Below, piece by piece: positions 1-12,403 of a stretch of DNA of 64,000 nt. The position numbers and the translations under genes were made by a program. Under the pieces are notes generated by a model. The model was not told the origin of the DNA. It saw nothing but the letters and a program-made list of their open reading frames with translations, and searched no databases. This DNA comes from Squalus acanthias (taxonomy: Eukaryota): positions 6,448,001-6,512,000 of the forward strand of contig CM059433.1 in assembly GCA_030390025.1 (NCBI GenBank), written 5' to 3'. The stretch's first letter is position 1, and each line of letters begins with the position of its first letter.

Positions 1-680
1 GCAGGTACAGCAAGTAATTAGGAAAGCTAATAGAATGTTATCGTTTATTGCGAGGGGAATTGAATACAAAAGTAGGGAGGTTATGTTTCAGTTATACAGG
101 GCATTGGTGAGACCACATCTGGAGTACTGTGTACAGTATTGGTCTCCTTATTTAAGGAAGGATGTAAATGCGTTGGAAGCAGTTCAGAGAAGGTTTACTA
201 GACTAATACCTGGAATGGGCGGGTTGTCTTATGAGGAAAGGTTGGACAGGCTAGGCTTGTATCCGCTGGAGTTTAGAAGAGTAAGAGGTGACTTGATTGA
301 AACATATAAGATCCTGAGGGGTCTTGACAGGGTGGAGGTGGAGAGGATGTTTCCTCTTGTGGGAGAATCTAGAACTGGGGTCAGTGTTTAAAAATAAGGG
401 GTCACCCATTTAAGACAGAGATGAGGAGAAATTTTTTCTCACAGAGGGTCGTGAGTCTTTGGAACTCTCTTCCTCAGAGGGCGGTGGAAGCAGAGTCTTT
501 GAATAGTTTTAAGGCAGAGGTAGATAGATTCTTGGTAAGCAAGGGGGTGAAAAGTTATCGGGGGTAGGCGGGAATGTGGAGTAATCAGATCAGCCATGAT
601 CTTATTGAATGGCGGAGCAGGCTCGAAGGGCCGAGTGGCCTACTCCTGCTCCTAATTTGTATGTTTGTATGTTCGTATGT
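1..680 (+). mobile_element. CR1-type LINE, 3' end (RT C-terminus and 3' UTR)
   Basis: ORF 35-391 has [23 protein letters not shown]...[11 protein letters not shown]...RGDLIETYK. The 3' UTR motif gaatggcggagcaggctcga and an 8-nt repeat tail (gtatgttt) follow. Confidence 0.95.
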
Positions 681-3600
681 AACAGGCGGAGTGTGAAACA
701 GGCGGAGTGTAAAACAGGCAGAGTGTAAACCAGGCGGAGTGTAAAACAGGCGGAGTGTGAAACAGGAGGAGTGTAAAACAGGCGGAGTGTGAAACAGGCG
801 GAGTGAAAAACAGGCAGGAGTGTGAAACCAGGCGGAGTGTAAAACAGGCGGAGTGTGAAACAGGAGGAGTGTAAAACAGGCGGAGTGTGAAACAGGCGGA
901 GTGAAAAACAGGCGGAGTGTGAAACAGGCGGAGTGTAAAACAGGCGGAGTGTAAAACAGGAGGAGTGTAAAACAGGCGGAGTGTGAAACAGGCGGAGTGT
1001 GAAACAGGCAGAGTGTGAAACAGGCGGAGCGTGAAACAGGTGGAGCGTAAAACAGGCGGAGTGTGAAACAGGCGGAGTGTGAAACAGGCGGAGTGTGAAA
1101 CAGGCGGAGTGTAAAACAGGCGGAGTGTGAAACAGGCGGAGTGTGAAACAGGCGGAGTGTAAAACAGGTGGAGCGTGAAACAGGCGGAGTGTAAACCAGG
1201 CGGAGTGTAAACCAGGCAGAGTGTAAACCAGGCAGAGTGTAAAACAGGCGGAGTGTAAAGCAGGCGGAGTGTAAAACAGGCGGAGTGTGAAACAGGAGGA
1301 GTGTAAAACAGGCGGAGTGTGAAACAGGCGGAGTGTAAAACAGGCGGAGTGTGAAACAGGCGGAGTGTAAAACAGGCGGAGTGTAAAACAGGAGGAGTGT
1401 AAAACAGGCGGAGTGTGAAACAGGCGGAGTGTGAAACAGGCGGAGTGTGAAACAGGCGGAGTGTGAAACAGGCGGAGTGTAAACCAGGCAGAGTGTAAAC
1501 CAGGCGGAGTGTAAACCAGGCGGAGTGTAAACCAGGCGGAGTGTAAACCAGGCGGAGTGTAAAACAGGCGGAGTGTGAAACAGGCGGAGTGTGAAACAGG
1601 CGGAGTGTAAAACAGGCGGAGTGTGAAACAGGCGGAGCGTGAAACAGGCGGAGCGTAAAACAGGCGGAGTGTGAAACAGGCGGAGTGTGAAACAGGCGGA
1701 GTGTAAAACAGGCGGAGCGTGAAACAGGCGGAGCGTAAAACAGGCGGAGTGTGAAACAGGCGGAGTGTGAAACAGGCGGAGTGTAAAACAGGCGGAGCGT
1801 GAAACAGGCGGAGTGTAAACCAGGCAGAGTGTAAACCAGGCAGAGTGTAAACCAGGCGGAGTGTAAAACAGGCGGAGTGTAAACCATACGGAGTGTAAAA
1901 CAGGCGGAGTGTGAAACAGGCAGAGTGTAAAACAGGCGGAGTGTAAAACAGGCAGAGTGTAAACCAGGCAGAGTGTAAACCAGGCGGAGTGTAAAACAGG
2001 CGGAGTGTAAACCAGGCGGAGTGCAAACCAGGCAGAGTGTAAACCAGGCAGAGTGTAAAACAGGCAGAGTGTGAAACAGGCGGAGTGTAAACCAGGCGGA
2101 GTGTGAAACAGGCGGAGTGTAAAACAGGCGGAGTGTGAAACAGGCGGAGTGTGAAACAGGAGGAGTGTAAACCAGGCGGAGTGTAAAACAGGCGCAGTGT
2201 AAAACAGGCGGGGCGTGAAACAGGCGGAGTGTAAAACAGGCGGAGTGTAAACCAGGCGGAGTGTGAAACAGGCGGAGTGTGAAACAGGAGGAGTGTAAAC
2301 CAGGCTGAGTGTAAAACAGGCGCAGTGTAAAACAGGCGGAGCGTGAAACAGGCGGAGTGTAAACCAGGCGGAGTGTAAACCAGGCGGAGTGTAAAACAGG
2401 CGGAGTGTAAACCAGGCGGAGTGTAAAACAGGCGGAGTGTGAAACAGGCGGAGTGTAAAACAGGTGGAGTGTAAAACAGGCAGAGTGTAAAACAGGTGGA
2501 GTGTAAAACAGGCGGAGTGTGAAACAGGCGGAGTGTAAACCAGGCAGAGTGTAAAACAGGCGGAGTGCAAAACAGGCGGAGTGTAAAACAGGCGGAGTGT
2601 GAAACAGGAGGAGTGTGAAACAGGCGGAGTGTAAACCAGGCGGAGTGTAAAACAGGCAGAGTGTAAAACAGGCGGAGTGTGAAACAGGCGGAGTGTAAAA
2701 CAGGCGGAGCGTGAAACAGGCGGAGCGTAAAACAGGCGGAGTGTGAAACAGGCGGAGTGTGAAACAGGCGGAGTGTAAAACAGGCGGAGCGTGAAACAGG
2801 CGGAGTGTAAACCAGGCAGAGTGTAAACCAGGCAGAGTGTAAACCAAGCGGAGTGTAAAACAGGCGGAGTGTAAACCATACGGAGTGTAAAACAGGCGGA
2901 GTGTGAAACAGGCAGAGTGTAAACCAGGCAGAGTGTAAACCAGGCAGAGTGTAAACCAGGCGGAGTGTAAAACAGGCGGAGTGTAAAACAGGCGGAGTGT
3001 AAACCATACGGAGTGTAAAACAGGCGGAGTGTGAAACAGGCAGAGTGTAAAACAGGCGGAGTGTGAAACAGGCGGAGTGTAAACCATACGGAGTGTAAAA
3101 CAGGCGGAGTGTGAAACAGGCAGAGTGTAAAACAGGCGGAGTGTAAAACAGGCAGAGTGTAAACCAGGCAGAGTGTAAACCAGGCGGAGTGTAAAACAGG
3201 CGGAGTGTAAACCAGGCGGAGTGCAAACCAGGCAGAGTGTAAACCAGGCAGAGTGTAAAACAGGCAGAGTGTGAAACAGGCGGAGTGTAAACCAGGCGGA
3301 GTGTGAAACAGGCGGAGTGTAAAACAGGCGGAGTGTAAAACAGGAGGAGTGTGAAACAGGCGGAGTGTGAAACAGGAGGAGTGTAAACCAGGCGGAGTGT
3401 GAAACAGGCGGAGTGTGAAACAGGAGGAGTGTAAACCAGGCGGAGTGTAAAACAGGCGCAGTGTAAAACAGGCGGAGCGTGAAACAGGCGGAGTGTAAAC
3501 CAGGCAGAGTGTAAACCAGGCGGAGTGTAAAACAGGCGGAGTGTAAACCAGGCGGAGTGTAAAACAGGCGGAGTGTGAAACAGGCGGAGTGTAAAACAGG

Positions 3601-3985
3601 TGGAGTGTAAAACAGGCAGAGTGTAAAACAGGTGGAGTGTAAAACAGGCGGAGTGTGAAACAGGCGGAGTGTAAACCAGGCAGAGTGTAAAACAGGCGGA
3701 GTGTAAAACAGGCGGAGTGTAAAACAGGCGGAGTGTGAAACAGGAGGAGTGTGAAACAGGCGGAGTGTAAACCCGGCGGAGTGTAAAACAGGCAGAGTGT
3801 AAAACAGGCGGAGTGTAAAACAGGCGGAGTGTAAAACAAGCGGAGTGTGAAACAGGCGGAGTGTAAACCAGGCAGAGTGTAAAACAGGCGGAGTGTAAAA
3901 CAGGTGGAGTGTAAAACAGGCGGAGTGTGAAACAGGCGGAGTGTGAAACAGGCGGAGTGTAAAACAGGTGGAGTGTAAAACAGGC
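681..3985. repeat. 16-bp minisatellite, consensus CAGGCGGAGTGT(A/G)AAA, about 206 units
   Basis: Directly visible tandem array. The three long minus-strand ORFs have a 16-aa period (3 units = 48 nt). Confidence 0.98.
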
Positions 3986-4244
3986 TGCCCATTCACTATT
4001 TCCTGTTTTGCGCTATTGGCCAACACAGATTTCAACCACACTGTTTTTAACATCGAAAAGTACAATTCGCCAAGTTTCATGTTTGTTACGATGACATCAG
4101 TTACAAGAAAAGAGAAGATACTATTTGGAGCATAAGGCTCGCTCTGAGAGAAACTTGGGTCATCACGCTAAAGTATTTGGAGAACTAATATCCAACCTTC
4201 CATCACCAAGTCTACAGGATGCAATGCAGCAGCTCACCATGTTT

Positions 4245-6735
4245 AGCGAGAGGAGCGGCGAGAGGATCAGCGAGAGGAGCTTTTTAAATTAGTAACTAAA
4301 ACTAGATAAACCAATTAAGTAATAAATAAAAAAGATTAGATAGACATGGCAGGGCAGGTGGTGGGCCGTAACTGCAGTACGTGGGAGTTTGTGGTGACCA
4401 GCGAGATCCCAAGCAACCACATCTGCGGTAAGTGTCTGCAGCTCAAGGAACTTTGGCTCAGAGTTGTTGAGCTGGAGTCTGAGGTGCAGACATTGCGGGG
4501 CATCAGGGAGGGGGAGAGTTACTTGGACACTTTGATCCAGGAGGCAGTCACACCCCTTAGGTTAAGTAGTACTTTAGAGTTCCTCAATGGTCAGGGACAG
4601 GAGGGTGTGACAGTGAGTCAGGAAGGTATAGGGGACCCAGGGTGTAGTGATGGAGGAGCCTCGGCCCTTGACTTTGACCAACAGGTTTGAGGTACTTGCT
4701 ACCTGTGTGAATGAGAACAAGGACTGCAGGGTGGATGAGCAAACTGACCATGGCCCCATGGTACAGGAGGCCATTCAAGTGGGGGGGAGTGAAAGGGAAT
4801 GTAGTTGTGGTAGGGGACAGTATAGACGGGGGGTAGATACTGTTCTCTGCAGCCACGACCGGGAGTTCCAAAGGTTGTGTTACCTGCCCGGTGCCAGGGT
4901 TAAGGACATCTCGTTGCGGCTGGAGAGGAACTTGGAGTGGGAGGGGGAGGATCCAGTGGTCGTGGTCCACGTAGGAACCAACGACATAGGTAGAACTAGG
5001 AATGAGGTTCTGCTGAGGGAGTTTGAGCAGCAAGGATCCAAATTAAAATACAGAACCTCAAAGGTAATAATCTCTGGATTGTTACCTGAGCCACATGCAA
5101 ATTGGCATAGGGACAGACAGATCAGAGAGTTAAGTGCGTGGCTCAAAGAGTGGTGTGGTAGGAAGGGGTTTCGATTCATGGGACACTGGCATCAGTACTG
5201 GGGAAAGAGGGAGCTGTTCCGTTGGGACAGGCTCCACTTAAACCGGGCTGGGATCAGTGTCCTGTCGAATTGAATAACTAGGGCGGTAGATAGGGTTTTA
5301 AACTAATGTAAGGGGGAGTGGGAGGATTCAGAAAAGAGTAAATTCAAAAGCAGTAAGATAAATGTCAAGGCTGTAGAGCAGAGTAGTGATCTGGGTAAAG
5401 ATGAGCAGAGTGGGTCAGGAAGGGACAGAGAGATTAATAAAGTTAATAGGGCACCAGTGACTAAAGTGATATCAGGGAAAAATAGAAAAAAGTTAAAGCT
5501 AAAGGTACTATACCTGAATGCACGAAGCATTTGCAACAAAATAGATGAATTAATAGCGCAGATAGAAATAAATGGGTTTGATTTAATAGCTATTACAGAG
5601 ACATGGTTGCAGAGTGACCAAGGTTGGGAACTAAATATTCCAGGATATTTGACATTTAGAAGAGACAGACAGAATGGAAAAGGAGGAGGGGTAGCCCTGA
5701 TAATAAAGGAGGGGATAAAGACAGTAGAGAGAAAGGATCTTGGCTCGGAAAAACAAAATGTAGAATCAATTTGGGTGGAGCTAAGAAACAACAAGGGTCA
5801 GAAAACACTAGTGGGAGTAATCTATAGGCCCCCCGAACAGTAGCTGTAGTGTTGGGCAGAGTATAAATCAGGAAATTAGAGATGAATGTAACGGGTAATA
5901 CAGTAATCATGGGGGACTTTAACTTTCAAATAGACTGGACAAACCAAATTTGCAGTAATAGTGCCGAGGAAGAGTTCATGGAATGCATTCAAGATAGTTT
6001 TTATCGATCAGTATGTCGAGGAACCTACGAGGGAATTGGTCATTTTAGATCACATTATAATTAGGTTCAGCTTGCCAATAAAAAAGGAGAAAGAATAGTC
6101 GAGGACTTTTAAAGGGTACTTTACTGGAAAAAAAACTAATTTTAGCCAGATTAAACGGAAGGAAAAATTGGTAAATAGAACCATAGATCAGCAATGTAAA
6201 ATAGTTAAACAGGAGCTGAAAAAGCTGCAAACCAAATACATTGCTGGGGAAAAAAGGAAGTGTATCGAAGGCTGAGATTCCACTGACGACTAGGGAGATT
6301 AAATTATATTTGAACCAAAAAAGGTCATACTTACTGCTTACTGCAGGCAAACAATAAAGTGAAAGCTACAACAAATGTAAAGAATAATGGGAAGTTACAA
6401 AATGGATATTAAAGGGAGTATGAAACAAAATGAGCAAGAAGTATAACAGGCTTTCTAAAGATACATTAGTAGTAAAAGGATAGTCAAAGTAAGGGTACGG
6501 TTGTTCAGAGATGGAGGCAATGAGGGAATGGCAGAGATACTAAATAAATACTTTGTCTTAGCTGTCATAGAGGAGGTGGACATTGGGATTGGTGAACTAC
6601 CTGAGGTGGGTGTAGAACTGTTCGAGGAGGTTACTGTTCAAAGAGAAATTGTACCTAATAAGTTAAGGTAGACAAATCACGGGGACTTGATAGTTTACAT
6701 CTGAGTGTCCTGAGGGAAAGAGAGGGAATAACATG
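4245..6735 (+). mobile_element. Degraded CR1 LINE 5' half: ORF1 (Zn-finger plus SGNH esterase-like) and ORF2 AP endonuclease
   Basis: 4346-4690 has C...HICGKC and a coiled coil. 4647-5273 has PGARV..VVVHVGTNDIG..DRLHLN. 5457-6064 has LYLNARSI, ITETWL, RRDR..GGGVAL, IYRPP, GDFN. Broken by frameshifts and stops. Confidence 0.92.
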
Positions 6736-6745
6736 TGGGGACTCT

Positions 6746-6890
6746 GGGGGTGAAAATGGTCTCTGGCAATAGTGTAAAACGGGCGATAACGAATTGGCCC
6801 ACCGTTTTACACCTGCCCGATTTCAATGGAAAAGAAAGTCGTAATTCTCTATCACCCGTTCAGCACTCCCTCCGAAGATCAGTGTCACCG
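6746..6890. mobile_element. Relic of a short MITE family (GGGGTGAAA.. terminus, GTAAAACGGGCGATA motif)
   Basis: Shares terminal and sub-terminal motifs with 10362-10477 and 12820-12970. Confidence 0.5.
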
Positions 6891-7019
6891 CCACTCTCTA
6901 TCGTTGTTCAGATCATACACCTGAAGGTGAAGAATTAGAACTGAAACAGACCCCATGTGGCGTTTGATTATCTGATACCCGAGCCAAATAGGTCCACAGT
7001 ACTCCAGGACACTGTTAGT

Positions 7020-7452
7020 GTCAGCTGTGGCTCAGTTGGTTGCACTCTTGTACTCCTGAGTCAGAGGGTATGTGGGTTCAAGTCCCACGCCAGAAACTTG
7101 AGCAAAAAATCTAGGTTGACACTTCAGTGCAGTGCTGCACTTTTTTCGGATGAGACGTTAAACCGAGGCCCCATCTGGTGGATGTAAAAGATCCCATGGC
7201 ACTATTTTGAAAAAGAGCAGGGGAGCTATCCCGGGTGTCCAGCGGCCAATATTTCTCCCTCAACCAACATCACTAAAGCTGATTATCTGGTCATTATCAC
7301 ATTGCTGTTTGTGGGAGCTTGCTGTGCGCAAAATTGGCTGCCGCGTTTCCCACATTACAACAGTGACTACACTCCAAAAGTACTTCATTGGCTGTAAAGC
7401 GCTTTGGGACGTCCTGAAGTCGTGAAAGGCGCTATGGGAATGCAAGTCTTTC
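7020..7452 (+). mobile_element. tRNA-derived DeuSINE (SacSINE1-like)
   Basis: A box tggctcagttgg, B box ggttcaagtcc, Deu-domain text cggatgagacgttaaaccgagg..aaagatcccatggcact, L2-like tail aaagcgctttgggacgtcctg..aaggcgctat. Confidence 0.85.
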
Positions 7453-7661
7453 CTTTTTCCTTATTAATAATTGGCCAGCCAGTCTGGCTCATTAATCGGA
7501 GCTGGAAAACTGAGAGCTGGGATTCTTCCCACTCGACTCCAGATAACCCTGCACTGCCAAGTAGGGTAATCCTGGCTGGACAAGCTTAACAATGCCCTGT
7601 TGTGCAGTATTAGTTGATTAAACTCCAACAATACTCCTCTGCCTTAGCTCTTGCCACCTTG

Positions 7662-7983
7662 CAGGGAGGATGTTTCCCCTCGTGGGGGGTATCTAGAACT
7701 AGGGGGCAGAGTTTCAGAATAAGGGGAAACCCATTTAAAACGGAGATGAGGAGGAATTTCTTCTCTCAGAGGGTGGTGAATCTTTGGAATTCTCTACCCC
7801 AGAGAGCTGTGGAGGCTGAGTCAGTGAATATATTCAAGGCGGAGATAGTCAAGGGTTATGGGGAGCGGGCAGGAAAGTGGAGTTGAGGCCAAGATCAGAT
7901 CAGCCATGATCTTATTGAATGGCGGAGCAGGCTCGAGGGGCCGAATGGCCCACTCCTGCTCCTATTTCTTATGTTCTCATGTT
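7662..7983 (+). mobile_element. CR1 LINE 3' fragment
   Basis: SRTRGQ..RRNFFSQRVVNLWNSLP and the CR1 3' UTR. Confidence 0.9.
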
Positions 7984-8503
7984 CTGGCGCTTCAGTTTTC
8001 TGGACTGTGGGGAAAGAATATGCACTCCATATCATTGCAATCCTGACTCCACCTATGTGGATTTACCAGAAGCTAGGTTTGGAGTCTCTTAAGCACGGTG
8101 AGTTTCTACGCATAACAGACACCAGCTGGCAAAAAAAAAACACCCTTTGTAAATGGGTGCAGCTTGCAGGAAGTTTCATGCATCTATCAACATCAGACAA
8201 GACTAGAGTGCCTTGTTACCCCTCATTTGCATAATGTTCTGGACGATGACAGTAAGCCAGGTTCCCATTTAAGCGACTATTTCCTGTATTTCTGAAACTA
8301 AAGCTAGGCAGAGGAAGTCTTTGCGAGAGCAGCAATGCGAGGTGCATGCAGAGAGGCCGTGCCCCCTGTTTCCTTCACCAACTGACCGCTCGCATTCTAT
8401 TTTTCTCTCCTGGGATGCAACAAACCCACCGGCAGTTTCCAACTCGCGTTGCTATTTCACGCTGCTTACATCACAAGTTCCAGCACAAACAGCATACAGT
8501 ATC

Positions 8504-8692
8504 CCCTTTTCCCAGCTTTACCCTGGCCTTAAATCTATTTGATTTCCGGCTCTTCCCAGTTCTGATGAAAGGTCATCGACCTGAAACGTTAACTCTCTTT
8601 CTCTCTCCACGGATGCTGCCTGGCCTGCTGAGTTTTTCCAGCGTTTTCTGTTGTTATTTCGGATTTCCAGCATCCGCAGTATTTTGCTATCG
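8504..8692 (+). mobile_element. Penelope-like element family A, solo 3' terminus
   Basis: Matches the 3' end of the RT-bearing copy at about 49060-49210. Flanked by the 9-bp direct repeat tacagtatc (8495-8503, 8693-8701). Confidence 0.88.
8558..8594 (+). ncRNA. Minimal type I hammerhead ribozyme motif (PLE family A)
   Basis: agtt-CTGATGA-a-aggtc(atc)gacct-GAAA-cgtt-aact: core, stem II, palindromic ACGT in place of stem III, stem I agtt/aact. Confidence 0.75.
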
Positions 8693-9115
8693 TACAGTAT
8701 CTACATTTCGCTGCTGGCATTCCTGCCTGTTTTCTGTGATTATATTTTGAAAGTCAGCGGCAGGTTAAAATTTCCATTGGACAAATCGGATTTGTACATC
8801 AGGCAGAGAAATATGCAGACTGTGAGATTTTGCGCCAATTGCAAGCAGATAAAATAATGAAACTACCAAGGATGAGACTGATCAGAGCTGGAATGTTACG
8901 AAACGGAGGGACCAATGAAAAGCCAAAATCAGGCGGCGTGTAAATCTGATTTTCGTTCCATTGAAAGTTACCCCATGTGTGAAGTAACTAGGCAACGAGA
9001 TTCTGAAAACGTCCGCAGCATAAAAAACCATGATAATTGAAAGTGCAGTTAAAGCAGATTATGCTGGACATGCACAATGAGGCGATCAGCATCTGAGGGA
9101 GGGGAGTAACGGTTA

Positions 9116-10174
9116 TAACAACAGAAAGCGCTGGGAAAAACTCAGCAGGCCAGGCAACATCCGTGGAGAGAGAAACAGAGTTAATGGCCCAGAAATTGAT
9201 CTCGCTCTGTTCCCGCGGGGGTAAGGCTTCCCCGCGATCTCTCACTCCGCGTTGGCTTTTTCAGATCCAGCTCGCACGAACTTGATGTTCCAGACATCAG
9301 CTGGGCAGTGCTTGCGTATCCCAGCGGCGTAGTGAATTTGTGCGAGCTGTGGGATCACGTGACTCAGTTAGAGCCAATGGCAGCACACCATCTTCCATTC
9401 ATAAGTTTCACATACGTGCTGTGAAATCTATGAATCTTACACCCCCCCAAAATAACAGCTAAACCTCAATTAAATTTAAAAAAAAACATCACATTAATAA
9501 AATAAGTATAGTTAAATAAATTAACCATTTTAAATAAAAAATTAAATTTTTGAAAAAATTTAAAATCTTTTAAAAAGTTATAAAAATAAACTTACCTGTC
9601 TTTAAAGTCTCTAAAAAAGATATACCTGTTAAAAAAAATTCAAAAAAATACTTAATTCACTACTTACCTTGTTAAAAGTGGGTCTTACTCCTCCTTTTTC
9701 CATTTCTAAAATCTTCCGTCCTTACCTGCGCGTCCAAAGCACGAAGTGCACAGCGTGCGCGCAGCCTGTAGCGCGCACGCGGTGCACCGAGGAACCGCCC
9801 CCTTTTCCAAAGACCAAGTGCCGGTTTTCAGCGCATGCGCAGGGCATGCAGAAAACCGGCAATTGGAGAGAGAATACGCGAGAGTACGCAGTGCATACTC
9901 TCGCGTCGCGGGATCAATTTTTGGCCCATTGTTTCAGGTCAAAGACCCTTCGTCAGAACTGAGAAAAAAGCAGGAAATGAAACAGATGAAAAAGCAAGTT
10001 TGGAGGCTGGGGGGAGGGAATAAAAGAACAAAAGGGAAGGTCTGTGAGACGAAACAAAAGACGACCTGAACAGTTAACTCTGTTTCTCTCTCCACGGATG
10101 CTGCCTGGCCTGCTGAGTTTTTCCAGCGTTTTCTGTTGTTATTTCAGTTTTCCAGCATCCGCAGTATTTTGCTA
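9116..10174. mobile_element. PLE family A inverted pair of termini, interrupted by a MITE
   Basis: Minus-strand terminus 9116-~10050, then plus-strand terminus ~10062-10174. Flanked by the 12-bp direct repeat gagtaacggtta (9104-9115, 10175-10186). Confidence 0.85.
9186..9927. mobile_element. MITE (Harbinger-like TIRs) with AT-rich centre
   Basis: TIRs ggcccagaaattgatc / gatcaatttttggccc. Removing it restores the PLE terminus sequence. Confidence 0.8.
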
Positions 10175-10361
10175 GAGTAACGGTTAGCCTGGTTTTAGTT
10201 GTAACCACAATCAGAAGAAGGAACTCTGATAGTTCTGATGAACGGTTACAGCCATGGAAGGAGCAGCCTATCAGAGGGGTGGTCAGTGAGCGGATCCTTC
10301 CACTACTTCACGCTGTTCTCCAAGTGAAGAGTGTGAAGACAATAACCCGAAGACTGAGCTT

Positions 10362-10477
10362 GGGGAGGGTGAAATTCGACGTTTGCGACAGCCGATGATG
10401 AATCTTTTCCTGGGGCAGGGGTTGTAAATTTGCTATCGCCCGTTTTGCATTATCTCCAAAGTCAAAATTCACCCCCT
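10362..10477. mobile_element. Short MITE relic
   Basis: TIRs gagggtgaaattcgac / gtcaaaattcaccccc. Confidence 0.55.
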
Positions 10478-10507
10478 TGGTCTCGACTCAGTGTGTGCAA
10501 TGCCACC

Positions 10508-10967
10508 AGAAGAAGAAGAAGACTTGCATTTCTATAGCGTCTTTCACGACCACCGGACGTCTCAAAGCGCTTCACAGCCAATGAAGTACTTTAGAAGTGG
10601 AGTCACTGTTGTAATGTGGGAAACGCGGCAGCCAATTTTGCGCACAGCAAGCTCCCACAAACAGCAATGTGATAATGACCAAATAATCTGTTTTTGTTAT
10701 GTTGGTTGAGGGATAAATATTGGCCCCAGGACACCGGGGATAACTCCCCTGCCCTTCTTCGAAATAGGGCCCATGGGGATCTTTCACGTCCACCTGAGAG
10801 AGCAGATAGTTTAACGTCTCATCTGAAAAACGGCACCTCCGACAGTGCAGCACTCCCTCAGCACTGCACTGGAGTGTCGGCCTAGCTTTATGTGCTCAAG
10901 TCGGACTTGACCCCACGACCTTCTGACTCAGAGGCGAGTATGCTACCCACTGAGCCACAGCTGACAC
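10508..10967 (-). mobile_element. Full-length DeuSINE (SacSINE1-like)
   Basis: Reverse complement of the 7020-7452 family, with a (TTC)n tail. Confidence 0.88.
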
Positions 10968-11702
10968 TGAGAGCAACTAGTTGACTTAAATTAAGCGTAG
11001 TGCAGGTGCAACACTTTTAAGATTCGTGCAGGCTCACTCAGTGTTGGATGGGCAAATCAGCTCATTTCTTGAGTGTGATCCTGCTGCTTGTAAGAAATGA
11101 AGCAGAGAAGCAGCTGATCTACCCGTTCCAGCCATGTAAGCCCACATAAAACTTCGGCTCCCAGCCAGCAGGAGCACCTCACTGTGTCCCCAACTCCACA
11201 CTAGGCTGGGAGAGTGACAGGAGTGGTGCTCATATGGGGAACAAGAGTAGTTTGAGCAGGGCCTGTAAGTTAGGACAGTTGTCCTGGCCGTTGGGGGCAG
11301 CTCGGTATGGTTTGAGGCCTGGAGGGATCAGCAAAGTGGAAGGCCTGCGGTTGCTCAAGAATGGTAGGGAGGGAGAGGGAACTCTGGGGCTGCTTGGTGA
11401 ATTCTGGGTGTTGCAGTCTGCTTGCTTGGTTCTGTTGCATTAACATCACGGAGCAATTTTGCTCTTTGTGCATGTGTTGTGTTGGGACATGTAGTGGGAG
11501 ATAAGCTACAGTTATTTATCAGGGATATTCCTGAGGCATGGCAGGCACATTGGGAAGTGTGGGAAGGAGTTATTGGACTGGCTGGAGAATTGAATATTTT
11601 GTGGGTTTATTATATTATAAAAGCTATTTTTTGGGGGGGGGGTGGTGATAGTGTGGTGAGCAACTGCTATAATGGTTGTACCAGAATTTCTTTTGTTGGA
11701 AT

Positions 11703-12165
11703 ATCATAGAATCATAGAAAGTTACAGCACAGATGGGGCCATTTCGGCCCATCGTGTCCGCGCCGGCCAACAAAGAGCTATCCAGCCTAATCCCACTTCC
11801 CAGCTCTTGGTCCGTAGCCCTGCAGGTTACAGCATCCCAAGTGCACATCCAAGTACTTTTTAAATGTGGTGAGGGTTTCTGCCTCTACCACCCTTTCAGG
11901 CACTGAGTTCCAGACCCCCACAACCCTCTGAGTGAAGAAATTCCCCTCAGATCCCACCAATTACTTTAAACCTGTGCCCCCTGGTTTTTGACCCCTCTGC
12001 TAAGGGAAATAGGTCCTTTCTATCCACTTTATCTAGGCCCCTCATAATTTTATACGCCTCAATAAGGTCTCCCCTCAGCCTCCTCTGTTCCAAGGAAAAC
12101 AAACCCAGCCTATCCAGTCTTTCCTCATAGCTTAGATTCTCTACTCCCGGCAACATCCTTGTAAA
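11703..12165 (-). mobile_element. CR1 LINE 3' fragment (HER1-like tail)
   Basis: FTRMLPG..YEERLDRLGLFSLEQRRLRGDLIE..KTRGHRFK. Tail ttctatgattctatgat. Confidence 0.9.
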
Positions 12166-12403
12166 TGATTGTGAAAAATTATTTTGGTGGGATGTGATTG
12201 CCGAGAAGATTGAAATAGTGGAGAAAGCTTTAATTGAGGTCAAGTTTGCTACACTCAGACTGCTTTCCTCCGCCGCAGTGTAATAGTGTATGATAGGATT
12301 CTTCCTGTATCGATTCTCATGTCCAGAATACCTAGCAGGTCACACTGGAAAGCCTATTATAAAAATAATTGCATTTCTGCATGGAATAACATTATATCAT
12401 TTA

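Noticed and set aside
681..3985. CRISPR-like or telomere-like array
   Set aside because: Units are contiguous with no unique spacers, there are no cas genes, the context is eukaryotic, and the unit is not TTAGGG.
585..4080. Three overlapping 874-1142 aa ORFs on the minus strand
   Set aside because: They arise because the 16-bp unit has no stop codon on that strand and cycles through all frames. There is no evidence of a real protein.
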